Shown piece by piece: positions 29,545 to 39,731 of a stretch of 64,000 nt of DNA. The DNA lies in NCBI GenBank assembly GCA_041615815.1, contig JBFJCP010000013.1:42704-106703 (forward strand), written 5' to 3'. The notes below the pieces were generated by a model, which was not told the origin of the DNA, ran no database searches, and saw nothing but the letters and a program-made list of their open reading frames with translations. Each line of letters opens with the position of its first letter. The first letter of the stretch is position 1. The translations under genes were made by a program, and so were the position numbers. Source of the stretch: Gemmatimonadales bacterium. Lineage in GTDB: Bacteria; Gemmatimonadota; Gemmatimonadetes; Gemmatimonadales; GWC2-71-9.

Positions 29545-31188
29545 TTAGTTCGACTGCGCGTACCCCTTGACATAGGCCTTGGCCACGGCGACCTCCGGAC
29601 GATCTCCGGTCGCCGTTTCCATCAGCGCGACGTAGCGCGCGTACCAGTCGGCCGCGGCGGCGTGCTCGCCCGCAAGTTGCGCCGCCCACGCGGCACCAAA
29701 GACACTCCGTGCCCGGTTCGGTTCGCGCTCGAGAGTGGCCGTGTAGGCATTATAGGCGTCTTCGTACCGAGCGAACTCCACGAAGAGATCGGCCTGCAAT
29801 TCCCGAGCTGAAGTAATCGGCCCGGGCGTCACCGGGTGTTTATCGGCGGCGACCTCGAGATCCGCTGCCTCGGCCGCGAAGAGTAATGCATTCGTCGTGT
29901 CGCCTTCGGCAAAGGCAACCCACGCCGAGAGTGCGAGGCGCTGAGACTTGGCGAGGTCGGCCCAGTACGCATCGCCGCCGAGCTTGCGCTCCACGGCTTG
30001 AAGCGCGTTGAGCTCGGATCGTGCGCCCTGAAGGTCTCCCAACCGCGCGGCCCCTATCCCGCGCGCGAACCGCCCAATGGCTTCGGCAAACGGAAAGTCA
30101 GGAGAGGGCCGCACGGGGAGTTTGGCCGCTTGGGCCCAGTCTCGCCGCTCGAGGGCGTAACGCGCTGGTATGGCCGCCAGGGCATACGCCGCCCCAATGG
30201 CCTGCCCACCGGGTGCTACGCTGTCCACGCGGTGCGCCTCGTGCGCCAGCGCCCGTGCCTCCGTGTCATGACCCCGCTGAAGGTACGCGTAGGCGAGGTA
30301 GTCCATGGCGTGGAGCCGCGCATGATGAATTCCGTTTGCTTCGTCCTGTTCCTCGAGCGACCGAGCCACCGCAGCGGACGCGAGGTTGGATCCTATCGTC
30401 TCGTCCCACATCCCCAACCGCACGAAGATGTGCGAAGGCATGTGCAGGGCATGATAGGCCGCCGGAGCGATCTGTGCGTATCGTCTGGCGGCGTCCAGAC
30501 CGAGGTGGGCGAGCTCGGGCGAATCGTAGATGTGTATCAGGTAGTGGGCGATCCCCGGGTGATCGGGATACCGGCGAAGGAGCGTGTCCAGTAGAGCACC
30601 AATCTCCTGATGGCGCTCGTATGTGGAGTCGTTCTTTGGCGCATTGGCTGCCGCAGCCAGTGCATAGAAGACCGTGGCCTCGACGTCATCCGGATACCGG
30701 CTCGCCAGCTCTCGCATTTTGACTTCGTGCGTAAGCATACGAGTGTGATGCTCGAGTTGGTCGAAATCGCGATAGAACCCGGCGATGGCTTCGAGATAAC
30801 CCCGCTCGCGCGGGGTCCCCGTCCGCATGATGGCGGCTCGTTGTAGGAGCGCCCACCCACGCCGGAGGTTTTCCTCGGGCGGCGCACCGGCGAAGGGGTT
30901 CAGCCGGAGCGTCATGGCCAACCCCCACAGCGCCATCACGCAGCTCGAGTCCGTCTCAGCCACCTGCTGGAACGCCTGTTCTGCTCTCTCCCACCAGAAG
31001 GAGTGAAGCAGGGCCACCGCGCCGGGCAGACGAGCCTGGGCAGCCGGTGCGCAGGACGTCTCCAATGTCACGCGGCCAAGCTGATCGCCGGGGATGGCCG
31101 TCGGAGCGGGTTCCTGGGCGGAGACGGCGCTGGCGAACGCAAGGCAGCAAGCGATGGCGAAAGCACTTAGCGATACGGCGGACGGCAT
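29545..31188 (-). CDS. Secreted TPR-like helical repeat protein
   Basis: Signal peptide; ALLHSFW, PDHPGIAHYLIH, HALHMPSHIFVRLG, HAMDYLAYAYLQ. Confidence 0.85.
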   Translation of the reverse strand: MPSAVSLSAFAIACCLAFASAVSAQEPAPTAIPGDQLGRVTLETSCAPAAQARLPGAVALLHSFWWERAEQAFQQVAETDSSCVMALWGLAMTLRLNPFAGAPPEENLRRGWALLQRAAIMRTGTPRERGYLEAIAGFYRDFDQLEHHTRMLTHEVKMRELASRYPDDVEATVFYALAAAANAPKNDSTYERHQEIGALLDTLLRRYPDHPGIAHYLIHIYDSPELAHLGLDAARRYAQIAPAAYHALHMPSHIFVRLGMWDETIGSNLASAAVARSLEEQDEANGIHHARLHAMDYLAYAYLQRGHDTEARALAHEAHRVDSVAPGGQAIGAAYALAAIPARYALERRDWAQAAKLPVRPSPDFPFAEAIGRFARGIGAARLGDLQGARSELNALQAVERKLGGDAYWADLAKSQRLALSAWVAFAEGDTTNALLFAAEAADLEVAADKHPVTPGPITSARELQADLFVEFARYEDAYNAYTATLEREPNRARSVFGAAWAAQLAGEHAAAADWYARYVALMETATGDRPEVAVAKAYVKGYAQSN

Positions 31189-31393
31189 GGAGACCCCCGA
31201 AAAGAGTACGGTGTGGTTGTGGGCAGATGATACTGGGCGCCGAGGCACCGAGCCTCGTCCTGGTACAATAGGACCGGGCGTGTCGAGGGCCGTGATGGGG
31301 GTCACATGGGGCGGGAAAGGTGCACGTGCCGAGGGGCGCAGCAACAGTCACCCTTATGTCATACCACCGCCACTGTTGCCTCTGCCGCCTGCA

Positions 31394-32716
31394 TCAAAAC
31401 AGCGCCTGCACCACCGGCACGGCCGATCGTACCGTGATGATGAGCACGACGAGCAGCGCCAGGGGAATGACCGTCCGAAGCAGCCAGAGCCATGCTCTGA
31501 TGGGACCCACTGCCGGGAATCCCCGAGCCAACTCCTGCTCGGCGTTGTGCGACCACACCCATCCCGTGACCACTGCAATGAGGAGTCCCCCCAGGATTAG
31601 GAAGACCTCGCCGACCATTTTGTCGACGAACGCCAACCAGTTCGTGCTGAGCGCTCCCGGGAGACCACACAGCGTGATGGCACCACCCGCCAGCAGCGTG
31701 GTCCGGTGACGTGGCCACGCCCAGGCATCCATGACACTGGCGACGACGACTTCCAGCATGATGGTGGCCGACGTGAGAGCGGCGATATAGAGCGCGAAGA
31801 AAAAGACACCACCAACCACGGTCCCAATGGTTCCGAGGGAAGCGAAAGCGCCTGGCATGGTTATGAACAGCGCCCCGATGGGACTCGCTCCCACCTGATT
31901 CTGCAGTCCGAGGTGATAGATCACTGGAAAGGTGACCAGTCCTCCGACGACGGCCACGGTCGTGTCCGCGACCGCGATCGTGGCCCCTTGGCCGGCGAGA
32001 TTCTTCTCCGAGCGTTCCATGTACGATGCCAGCGTGATGAGCCCGCCCATGCCGAGCGAGAGAGAGAAGAACGCTTGCCCAGCCGCCGCTCCAATGACGT
32101 TGGCATCCAGGAGCGCACCGAGATCGGGTTTGAGGTAATACGCATATCCCGCGGGGGCGCCCGAGAGCGTGGCAGCCCAGACGGCTAGCACCAGGATGAG
32201 ACCGAAGAGGACGGGCATGAGGAGCCGTGCCAGTCGCTCGATCCCACCGCGAATGCCGGCAAATACGACGAGCACCGTGAGCGTCATGCTCACCAGAAGA
32301 AACGGGAGAACCGGCAAACCACTGCTGATGGCTCCGAAATGCGCGGCGGTGTCGGCAGGGATCGCGCCGCGGACGGTGTCCAGCAGGAGTCGCGCCGTCC
32401 ATGCCATGATGATGGAATAACTCGAGAGCACCAGAAACCCGACCCCAACAAACATCCACCCCAACCAGCGCCAGTGCCGGCCCGCCACTCTCTCGAACGC
32501 GAGGATCGGACTCAGGCGCGTGTGGCGGCCGATGCTCAACTCCGCCGTGAGGAGCGGGATGCCAACCAGCAGCACGAACCCCAGGTAGAGCAGCACGAAC
32601 GCCGCTCCCCCGCCCTGTGAGGCGGTATACGAAAACCGCCAGAGATTGCCCAGACCCACGGCTGCACCGACGGCCGCAAGCAGAAATCCAGTGGAGCTAC
32701 GCCAGGTTTCGCGCAT
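31394..32716 (-). CDS. Sodium-dependent transporter (NSS/SNF family)
   Basis: RETW..GF.LAAVGAAVGLGNLWRF, GQAFFSLSLG. Confidence 0.93.
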   Translation of the reverse strand: MRETWRSSTGFLLAAVGAAVGLGNLWRFSYTASQGGGAAFVLLYLGFVLLVGIPLLTAELSIGRHTRLSPILAFERVAGRHWRWLGWMFVGVGFLVLSSYSIIMAWTARLLLDTVRGAIPADTAAHFGAISSGLPVLPFLLVSMTLTVLVVFAGIRGGIERLARLLMPVLFGLILVLAVWAATLSGAPAGYAYYLKPDLGALLDANVIGAAAGQAFFSLSLGMGGLITLASYMERSEKNLAGQGATIAVADTTVAVVGGLVTFPVIYHLGLQNQVGASPIGALFITMPGAFASLGTIGTVVGGVFFFALYIAALTSATIMLEVVVASVMDAWAWPRHRTTLLAGGAITLCGLPGALSTNWLAFVDKMVGEVFLILGGLLIAVVTGWVWSHNAEQELARGFPAVGPIRAWLWLLRTVIPLALLVVLIITVRSAVPVVQALF

Positions 32717-32721
32717 GGGAA

Positions 32722-32832
32722 CAGTAGGAGGGAGTGGGAAGTGAGGGGTCAGAGGGAAGATTCGTGCAGGGAATGGCGAGCCCGAGGCGCAGCATCAACA
32801 CCCCGTTACCCCTCACTCCTCACCCCTCATCG
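32722..32832. repeat. Inverted pair of degenerate 7-mer arrays, no gene inside
   Basis: GAGTGGG AAGTGAG GGGTCAG ... CCCCTCA CTCCTCA CCCCTCA. Confidence 0.65.
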
Positions 32833-32836
32833 TCGT

Positions 32837-33349
32837 TCACTCCCCTCGGATGCGCCGCGTGAGTGCCGGCTCGAGTCCCATCAGTCGAGCGTATAGCGCC
32901 AGCTGCCCGCGATGATACATCTCTTGCGCGATGCCGTGGTGCAGCCACTGCAACTTGGTTCCTGGTCTGCCGTCGAATCGCTTCATGAACTGGTAAAGCG
33001 CCAGCTCTCCCGTTCGGCGAAACGCCCGCGACGCATCCAACACCTGCGTCTTCAGGAGACCCACCAGTTGTTCCTTCGTGTTGGCCTCATACGCCGGACC
33101 GGCATACATCTTCACGAGCTTGGCAAACGGTGCTCGATGCAAGTCGGTGTCGGACCGGGTCAGCTCACCAGTCATCATCATGGACACCTCGAGAATGTGT
33201 TGCACGAGTTCCCGCAGCGTGCGGCTCTCGGGGGTAGGGCGAAAATCAAACTTATCGTCTGGGATGTTCTCGACCTCTTGGACGATCCCCTCACGTACGT
33301 TGCGCCACGCCTCGAGTGTCTCTTCAAGGAAAGTTAGGTACGCTTCCAT
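32837..33349 (-). CDS. DinB family protein
   Basis: FDFRPTPESRTLRELVQHI; EMYHRGQLALYARLMG. Confidence 0.88.
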   Translation of the reverse strand: MEAYLTFLEETLEAWRNVREGIVQEVENIPDDKFDFRPTPESRTLRELVQHILEVSMMMTGELTRSDTDLHRAPFAKLVKMYAGPAYEANTKEQLVGLLKTQVLDASRAFRRTGELALYQFMKRFDGRPGTKLQWLHHGIAQEMYHRGQLALYARLMGLEPALTRRIRGE

Positions 33350-33553
33350 TCTCAGACTCCCAGGATGACCCTTACCCGGCTACCGGACCATGACAGGCCG
33401 GAAGGATATAACATGAGGACAGATTGCAGAAGACAGAGGGCAGGCGGAGTAGGTAGCGGGCGCACAACGTGGATTGAGGGGTCGCGACAACCGGGCAAGC
33501 CCGTGGAATGACGATGGCAGCGGACGCATCCGAGTGCGGGCTATGCCGTGTAC

Positions 33554-34033
33554 CTAGTACTTCATCGCCTCGAGTCCCAGTGCTTTCCTGAGCAGTGCCA
33601 TCTGACCGATATGATACGACTCGTGCTGCGCGAGAAACGTCACTCCGCCGAGCACCGTGCTATCGTCCACCGGAAAGCGCTGCGATGACGCCACTGCCAC
33701 CGTACTCTCACTCAACCCCTCAAGGATCCCGGCGAGTTCGCGTGCCACGCTCGACCATTCCTTCCTGATGACCGACATTGGGGGAAACTCTGGAATGTCC
33801 TCGATCCCCCGGGCAACAGTGAGCAAAGCCGAATGCGGGTTACCGATATGGCTTCCCAGGTACTCGCCCAGGAAGCATCGCGCGTCCGTGAGGTGACAGG
33901 CCAGGAATGCCAGGGAGTTGGTCGAGTCCGTAACCCGCTGCTGCGCTTGCTCGTCCGTGACGCCGTCGAGACAGTTGAGCAGCAATCTCGTATTGAGGGC
34001 GTATATCTCGCGCAGCGCGTGCAGCGACTTCAC
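33554..34033 (-). CDS. DinB family protein
   Basis: NSLAFLACHL; HESYHIGQMALLRKALG. Confidence 0.88.
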   Translation of the reverse strand: MKSLHALREIYALNTRLLLNCLDGVTDEQAQQRVTDSTNSLAFLACHLTDARCFLGEYLGSHIGNPHSALLTVARGIEDIPEFPPMSVIRKEWSSVARELAGILEGLSESTVAVASSQRFPVDDSTVLGGVTFLAQHESYHIGQMALLRKALGLEAMKY

Positions 34034-34051
34034 TCCTCACTCCTCACCGAT

Positions 34052-34396
34052 TCACTTCCTCTTCTGTTTTGCGGCGTTCGTGAGCATCGCTGCACTGCCC
34101 GCAAGGAGCATCGGAAACAGAACAGTCACACCCATCAAACCCCAATTCGGGAGCGAGAGGATGGGTGCAACGGCTTGGCTGAGCTCAACGATCGGCCCAC
34201 GCAGGGCTGCCCATCCCAGCAAAGCGGCCCAAGCGAGACCGGAGGCGGCGGCGGCTGTCATGACGGGCGCCGTTTCCCGTGCCGCGACGATGCCCCACAC
34301 CGCCCCGACGAGTGGAACCGTCCACCATCCCACGAAAATGGTCAGGATGGTGACGATCATGAAGAGCACCACGATGCGTACGGTCACTTGCATCAT
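34052..34396 (-). CDS. Hypothetical membrane protein
   Basis: Several hydrophobic segments; ATGA-coupled to the acylase gene. Confidence 0.75.
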   Translation of the reverse strand: MMQVTVRIVVLFMIVTILTIFVGWWTVPLVGAVWGIVAARETAPVMTAAAASGLAWAALLGWAALRGPIVELSQAVAPILSLPNWGLMGVTVLFPMLLAGSAAMLTNAAKQKRK

Positions 34397-36930
34397 CGAC
34401 CTCCTGACGCCGGCCGAAGGGTGAGGTCCGCCGCCACACGGTCCGGGTCGAGAGCGGCGGGCTGGGCTGGAAACAACACAGGATCCAGCTCACCGCTGAC
34501 CCACTTGTCGATGCGATCCCGATACCAAGGACTCACGGGATTCCCCGATTGCCCACCAGGATAGATGGTCCATGCGCTGACATCCGGTCGCAATTCGACC
34601 ACCATCCGCCAACTGGCGCCGAACACCCCGCTTCCCGACGACGGATTGAGGGTTCCGGGCCCGCCTTGGATCGGCAGCGCGAGTGCCGAGAGGCTGGGCA
34701 ACCGGAGCAGGTGGTGAATGTTGGTGTGGCGGATCCCCGCCCAGCGCCATCCACCATCCTCAGGGGATCCATGCTCTTCCTTCGCGTGCCGGAGCCCCGC
34801 TTTGAGCGCGGCCCCGAGGATGGCATCGCGGTCTTCGACTACGTCCTCAGTAGCGCCGTCATCCCACCAGACACTGAGCGGTTGGTCGAGCAGGTCCGCG
34901 AGCACCGCTGAGCCGGGCGTCGAGAGGCGGCGCGATTCGCCATCCTCCGACGGCAGCACCAGCTCGTCCCACGTCAGGCGTACCAGTTCGTCCATCGCGA
35001 GTTCAAACAGGATCGCTCGCTCGTTGTCGCGGGTGTACTGCCGGTCCCACTGTGCCAAGAGTTGGGCTGCCTCACGCAATTCGTCGTCCCCCGTCACCTG
35101 GCTCAGCGAATGCTCGGCTGCGGCTAGAAACGCCGGTACAAAGCGATCGGCCCGTGCGCTCCCGGGATCGAGTTGAAACCGCTGCATGTCCACGGGGGTG
35201 ACGGCACTGTCGGATCGAAGGAGCTGGTTGATCCGCATCGCCCGCCAAGGCGAGGGCCAGTTGGCGCCCAAATAGATGGTGTTGCTATCCGGATGCAGTG
35301 GCTCCTGGTTGGCGGAAGCCAGGAAGCCCTGCGGCGGATTCACAGCCAGGGGCAGTTGGTCGACGGTCAAGAAACCGAGCCAGTCGCTGTCATTCCGGGT
35401 TCCGTCGCGGATGACGGTGCCTCGGCCATCGCCCGGTCGCACGGGGAATCGACCCGTGGAGCGAATGGCGATGGAACCCGTCCAATCCGCCACGATCATG
35501 TTCTGCGGCGGTGCCCGGTACGCGGCCATGGCAGCCATCCAATCACCCACACTTTCCGCTCCGGCCGCGTCGGCCAGCGCCGCGATGCTTCCCGCCTCGT
35601 CCAACGCCGTCCAACGCAGCGAGCGCGGTCGATCGCCCTCCCACTGGAGGGGGCCCCTGTGGGTGTAGTAGACCGTGTCAATGGCCAACACGTTGCCCCG
35701 CGGGCCGCGAAACTCCTCGATGCGTCGGGTTAGCGGCCGCCACGTGCCATCCACGACGTACGCCGTGGGCTGGTCCCGATCGTCCAGTGTCTCGTCGTAG
35801 AAATCCAAGACGTCGGCCTCGGTATTGGTGAAGCTCCAGGCGACTCGCCGATTGAACCCGATCACCACGCCGGGAACCCCGGGGATGGTGACCCCGTAGA
35901 TGTCCAGCTCGTTGGGGACGGAGATGTGCACCTCGTACCAAATGGAGGGAAGCGTGAGCTCCAGGTGTGGGTCGCCGGCGAGCAACGCGTAGCCGGCTTC
36001 GGTGCGAGAGGGAGCGACCGCCCAATTGTTGGAACCGAGAGCGCCACGCTCTTCAACGACGATGAAAGGATCGAAGGTTGAACGGTCGAAAGGTTCGACA
36101 CCACCCGACATTCCAGCCTTCCGTCTTTCGAACGTGGCTACCACCGTCGCCGGCACCGGTTCTTCGCCTTCCGTCGTTCCATCCTTCGGGCCTCCCGTCT
36201 GTACCGGGATGATCGGCTCCTGGATGGGACTGTGCAGAGGGAAGAGAGCCTCGGTAGCTTCGGCTCCGAGCACCGCGGACACGCGTTCCCGACGGAGCTC
36301 ATGCGGATTATACGTGAGGGTGTAGCCCATGCGTTTGATCAGGTAGTACGTATAGGCAGGTTCCCACCGCAGGGGCTGGGCATTCAGCAGACGGTACTCG
36401 AGGGGAAGGTCTTCGGGGCCCATGATGTCGATCCATGCGTTGACCCCTTCTGCATAGGCCGTAACGACGACAGCGGCGGTGGACGCGGGATCGAGCTCGC
36501 CAAAATCGCGTTCGGCGCTCCAAGACAATCCCAGCGCACGCATCCTGCGATCCGCTGGCAGCAGCCTGGGCCCCAGCAGCTCGGCGAGCGTCCCCGCGGT
36601 GGCCCGCGTCTGCAGCTCCAATTGGAACAGTCGATCTCGCGCCACTACGTATCCCAGGGCTCGCGCAGCATCCGCGACACTCCCCGCAAAGATGTGCGGA
36701 ACGCCCCGATCGTCGTACAGCACGCGGACTTGGCCGGCGAGCGTGGGAAGCTCGTCTCTGGCCTCTCGGGGCAGCCGCGCTGTCGCGGCAACGGCCCAGA
36801 CTCCCTCGCGCGGATGAAGGAACTTTCCCAAGGGAGGGAGCGGACCAATGGGCCAGTAGCCGGCCACGAGTGTGGCAATCAGAACGATCGTCGCGATGGC
36901 GATGCGGGCGGAGCGCATGACAGGTGACAT
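34393..36930 (-). CDS. Penicillin acylase family (Ntn hydrolase) protein
   Basis: DDRGVPHIFA, DRLFQL, GSNNWAV (catalytic Ser at 36031-36033), AGDPHL, PGGQSGNP. Confidence 0.93.
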   Translation of the reverse strand: MSPVMRSARIAIATIVLIATLVAGYWPIGPLPPLGKFLHPREGVWAVAATARLPREARDELPTLAGQVRVLYDDRGVPHIFAGSVADAARALGYVVARDRLFQLELQTRATAGTLAELLGPRLLPADRRMRALGLSWSAERDFGELDPASTAAVVVTAYAEGVNAWIDIMGPEDLPLEYRLLNAQPLRWEPAYTYYLIKRMGYTLTYNPHELRRERVSAVLGAEATEALFPLHSPIQEPIIPVQTGGPKDGTTEGEEPVPATVVATFERRKAGMSGGVEPFDRSTFDPFIVVEERGALGSNNWAVAPSRTEAGYALLAGDPHLELTLPSIWYEVHISVPNELDIYGVTIPGVPGVVIGFNRRVAWSFTNTEADVLDFYDETLDDRDQPTAYVVDGTWRPLTRRIEEFRGPRGNVLAIDTVYYTHRGPLQWEGDRPRSLRWTALDEAGSIAALADAAGAESVGDWMAAMAAYRAPPQNMIVADWTGSIAIRSTGRFPVRPGDGRGTVIRDGTRNDSDWLGFLTVDQLPLAVNPPQGFLASANQEPLHPDSNTIYLGANWPSPWRAMRINQLLRSDSAVTPVDMQRFQLDPGSARADRFVPAFLAAAEHSLSQVTGDDELREAAQLLAQWDRQYTRDNERAILFELAMDELVRLTWDELVLPSEDGESRRLSTPGSAVLADLLDQPLSVWWDDGATEDVVEDRDAILGAALKAGLRHAKEEHGSPEDGGWRWAGIRHTNIHHLLRLPSLSALALPIQGGPGTLNPSSGSGVFGASWRMVVELRPDVSAWTIYPGGQSGNPVSPWYRDRIDKWVSGELDPVLFPAQPAALDPDRVAADLTLRPASGGR
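36061..36196. repeat. 8-mer arrays with inverted arms inside the acylase spacer peptide
   Basis: GAAAGGAT CGAAGGTT GAACGGTC GAAAGGTT ... CATTCCAG CCTTCCGT CTTTCGAA ... CTTCCGTC GTTCCATC CTTCGGGC. Confidence 0.65.
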
Positions 36931-37100
36931 CTCTCATGTTGGGGTCGAGAAGTGCCGCGCGAGGCGGCCAAGGGCGACGATCACACAAGTGTAACACGAC
37001 GGTCCGCATCCCCGACAGCCGCCACCCTTGAACCGTCGCGAACTGCGACTAATATCACGCCACGAACCTCACCACCGAACACCCATCGTTGGAGACGGGA

Positions 37101-39569
37101 ATGGCAGGTCAACGAAAGGACCCAGGCGCCGAGGCCTTCGAGAAGCTCGGCGCGTTCTATCTGGGACGCCGATACGATTTGGACGAGGGCGAGCTGACAC
37201 CGGACCTCGTGCTCTACGATTCCAAGGACCTCACAACTCACGGCGTCTGCGTTGGTATGACCGGGAGCGGCAAGACCGGCCTCTGCGTTTCGCTGCTCGA
37301 GGAAGCGGCCATCGACGGCGTTCCCGCAATCGCGATCGATCCCAAAGGTGACCTGGGGAATTTGCTGCTCACCTTCCCCAAACTGCGCGCCGAGGATTTC
37401 CGCCCGTGGATCGACGAAGGCGAAGCGGCACGCAAGGGGACCACACCGGACGAGTATGCGCAGACGACCGCCGCACGGTGGAAGAACGGACTCCGCGATT
37501 GGGGAGAGGATGGGAACCGCATCGAGCGGCTGCGGGATGCGGCGGACTTCGCCATCTACACGCCCGGAAGCAGCGCCGGCCTCCAGCTCAATCTCTTGCG
37601 ATCCTTCTCGGCACCGCCGGCCGAGCTGGTACAAGACGCCGATGCCTTTCGCGAGCGTCTTACCACAGCGGTATCCGGCCTCCTCGCGCTCCTCGGCATC
37701 GACGCCGATCCGCTGCAGAGCCGTGAGCACATCCTACTCTCGAACCTCTTCGATCACGCGTGGCGCGAGGGACGGGATCTGGATATCACGACATTGATCC
37801 AGCAGGTGCAGGCACCACCGTTCGAGAGGATCGGTGTGATGGATCTGGAGTCGTTCTTTCCGTCGAAGGATCGGACATCGCTGGCGATGAACCTCAACAA
37901 CCTCCTCGCCTCTCCGGGATTCGCTGCCTGGATGGAGGGGGAGCCGCTCGACATCCCGCGCCTGCTCTGGACGCCGGAGGGGAAGCCCCGGGTCTCGATC
38001 CTCTCGATCGCCCATCTGTCGGACGCGGAGCGCATGTTCTTCGTCACGCTGCTGCTCAACGAGGTCCTGGGGTGGATCCGAACCCAGTCCGGCACGTCGA
38101 CACTGCGCGCCCTGTTGTACATGGACGAGGTGTTTGGCTTCTTCCCGCCGGTGGCCAATCCACCGTCCAAGACGCCCATGCTCACCCTCCTCAAGCAGGC
38201 GCGTGCGTACGGCCTGGGCGTGTTGCTCGCCACCCAGAATCCGGTGGACCTGGATTACAAGGGGCTCGCCAACGCCGGAACATGGTTCCTGGGACGTCTG
38301 CAGACGGAACGCGACAAGATGCGGGTGATCGAGGGTCTCGAAGGCGCTTCGGCCACGGCCGGCGCCACCTTCGACCGCAAGCGCACCGAGCAGATCCTCG
38401 CGGGCCTCAAGTCCCGCGTGTTCCTCATGAATAACGTCCATGAAGACGAACCTGTGCTGTTTCACACCCGTTGGGCCATGTCGTACCTGAGGGGACCGCT
38501 CACCAGAGTACAGATTCAAGACCTCATGGAAGAACGAAAAGGGGAGCCAGTCCAGATCTCCGAGGCTGGCACGGCCGCCGTTTCGGCGCCAAGACCCGCC
38601 AAGGCACCCAAAACCACCGAGGCTCGCCCGGTGGTCCCGCCGGACGTTCCCCAGTTCTTCGTTCCAGCCATTGCCGACACGCCCCCAGGCGCAAGACTCG
38701 TCTATCGGCCTGGTCTCCTGGGAACCGCCGATCTCCATTTTGCGAACGCCAAGGCAAGCGTGGATGTATGGAAGAAAGTGTCGTGCCAGACGCTGCTGGG
38801 CTCACGGGATAGCGGCAACGTGTGGAGCAAAGCGGGACTACTGCCGGAGGGCGAGCCCAACCTCGACACGGAACCCACAGACGGCGCGGGGTTCGGTACA
38901 CTTCCCGCCGCGGCGAGCCGGAGCAAGAGCTACACGACGTGGGAGAAGGCGTTCAAGACACACCTCTATCAGAACCACACACTGACTCTGTGGACGTGTA
39001 AGCCGCTCAAGCTCACCTCCACACCGGACGAGAGTGAAGCCGAGTTTCGCGTACGGGTACGGGAAGCCGCCAGGGAGCATCGGGACACGAACGTTGAGAA
39101 GCTTCGGAAGCGCTACGGCCCCAAACTGGCGCGCTTGCAGGACCAGATCAAACGCGCGGAAGAGCGAGTGTCACGAGAAGCCTCGCAATACTCGCAACAG
39201 AAAATGCAGACCGCGATCTCACTCGGCGCAACGGTTCTTGGCGCGATGTTCGGACGCAAGCTCGGCAGCGTGGGCACCGTGGGGCGGGCCACCACGACCG
39301 CCCGTGGTGTCGGACGGACGGCTCGGGAGAAAGAGGACATCGCCCGAGCCCAGCAGCGGCTGAAGGACCTGCACCAAAAGTTGGCGGATCTCCAAGAAGA
39401 GTTCGAGGATGCGACGGAAGACTTGAAGGTCGAGTCCGATCCCGAACAGGTCGATATCAAAGAGGTTGCCGTTCGTCCACGGAAATCGGACATCAGCGTG
39501 AACCGTGTCGCGTTGGTGTGGCTGCCGTTCTCGGTGGGAGAAGATGGGATGGCGGTGGCAGGATGGTGA
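37101..39569 (+). CDS. HerA/DUF853-like P-loop ATPase with C-terminal coiled coil
   Basis: GMTGSGKT Walker A, IDPKGD, LYMDE Walker B, LLKQARAYG, ATQNPVDLDYK. Confidence 0.88.
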   Translation: MAGQRKDPGAEAFEKLGAFYLGRRYDLDEGELTPDLVLYDSKDLTTHGVCVGMTGSGKTGLCVSLLEEAAIDGVPAIAIDPKGDLGNLLLTFPKLRAEDFRPWIDEGEAARKGTTPDEYAQTTAARWKNGLRDWGEDGNRIERLRDAADFAIYTPGSSAGLQLNLLRSFSAPPAELVQDADAFRERLTTAVSGLLALLGIDADPLQSREHILLSNLFDHAWREGRDLDITTLIQQVQAPPFERIGVMDLESFFPSKDRTSLAMNLNNLLASPGFAAWMEGEPLDIPRLLWTPEGKPRVSILSIAHLSDAERMFFVTLLLNEVLGWIRTQSGTSTLRALLYMDEVFGFFPPVANPPSKTPMLTLLKQARAYGLGVLLATQNPVDLDYKGLANAGTWFLGRLQTERDKMRVIEGLEGASATAGATFDRKRTEQILAGLKSRVFLMNNVHEDEPVLFHTRWAMSYLRGPLTRVQIQDLMEERKGEPVQISEAGTAAVSAPRPAKAPKTTEARPVVPPDVPQFFVPAIADTPPGARLVYRPGLLGTADLHFANAKASVDVWKKVSCQTLLGSRDSGNVWSKAGLLPEGEPNLDTEPTDGAGFGTLPAAASRSKSYTTWEKAFKTHLYQNHTLTLWTCKPLKLTSTPDESEAEFRVRVREAAREHRDTNVEKLRKRYGPKLARLQDQIKRAEERVSREASQYSQQKMQTAISLGATVLGAMFGRKLGSVGTVGRATTTARGVGRTAREKEDIARAQQRLKDLHQKLADLQEEFEDATEDLKVESDPEQVDIKEVAVRPRKSDISVNRVALVWLPFSVGEDGMAVAGW

Positions 39570-39731
39570 GCTGGGGTTAGGGGTTAGCGACGACGGAGTC
39601 ACGGTGACGGGGGCCGCAAGCAGTTGCGACGGGCGAGCGAAGGGATCGAGGGTACGGGCGCTGTCACGGATCGGCCAACACATCAGCGCCAAGTCCCTAA
39701 ACCCCTACTATTCTCGCCTTTGACCGCCGAC

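Noticed and set aside
33350..33553. Possible structured RNA between the DinB genes
   Set aside because: Only a short imperfect hairpin and a purine-rich stub; no riboswitch motif recognised.
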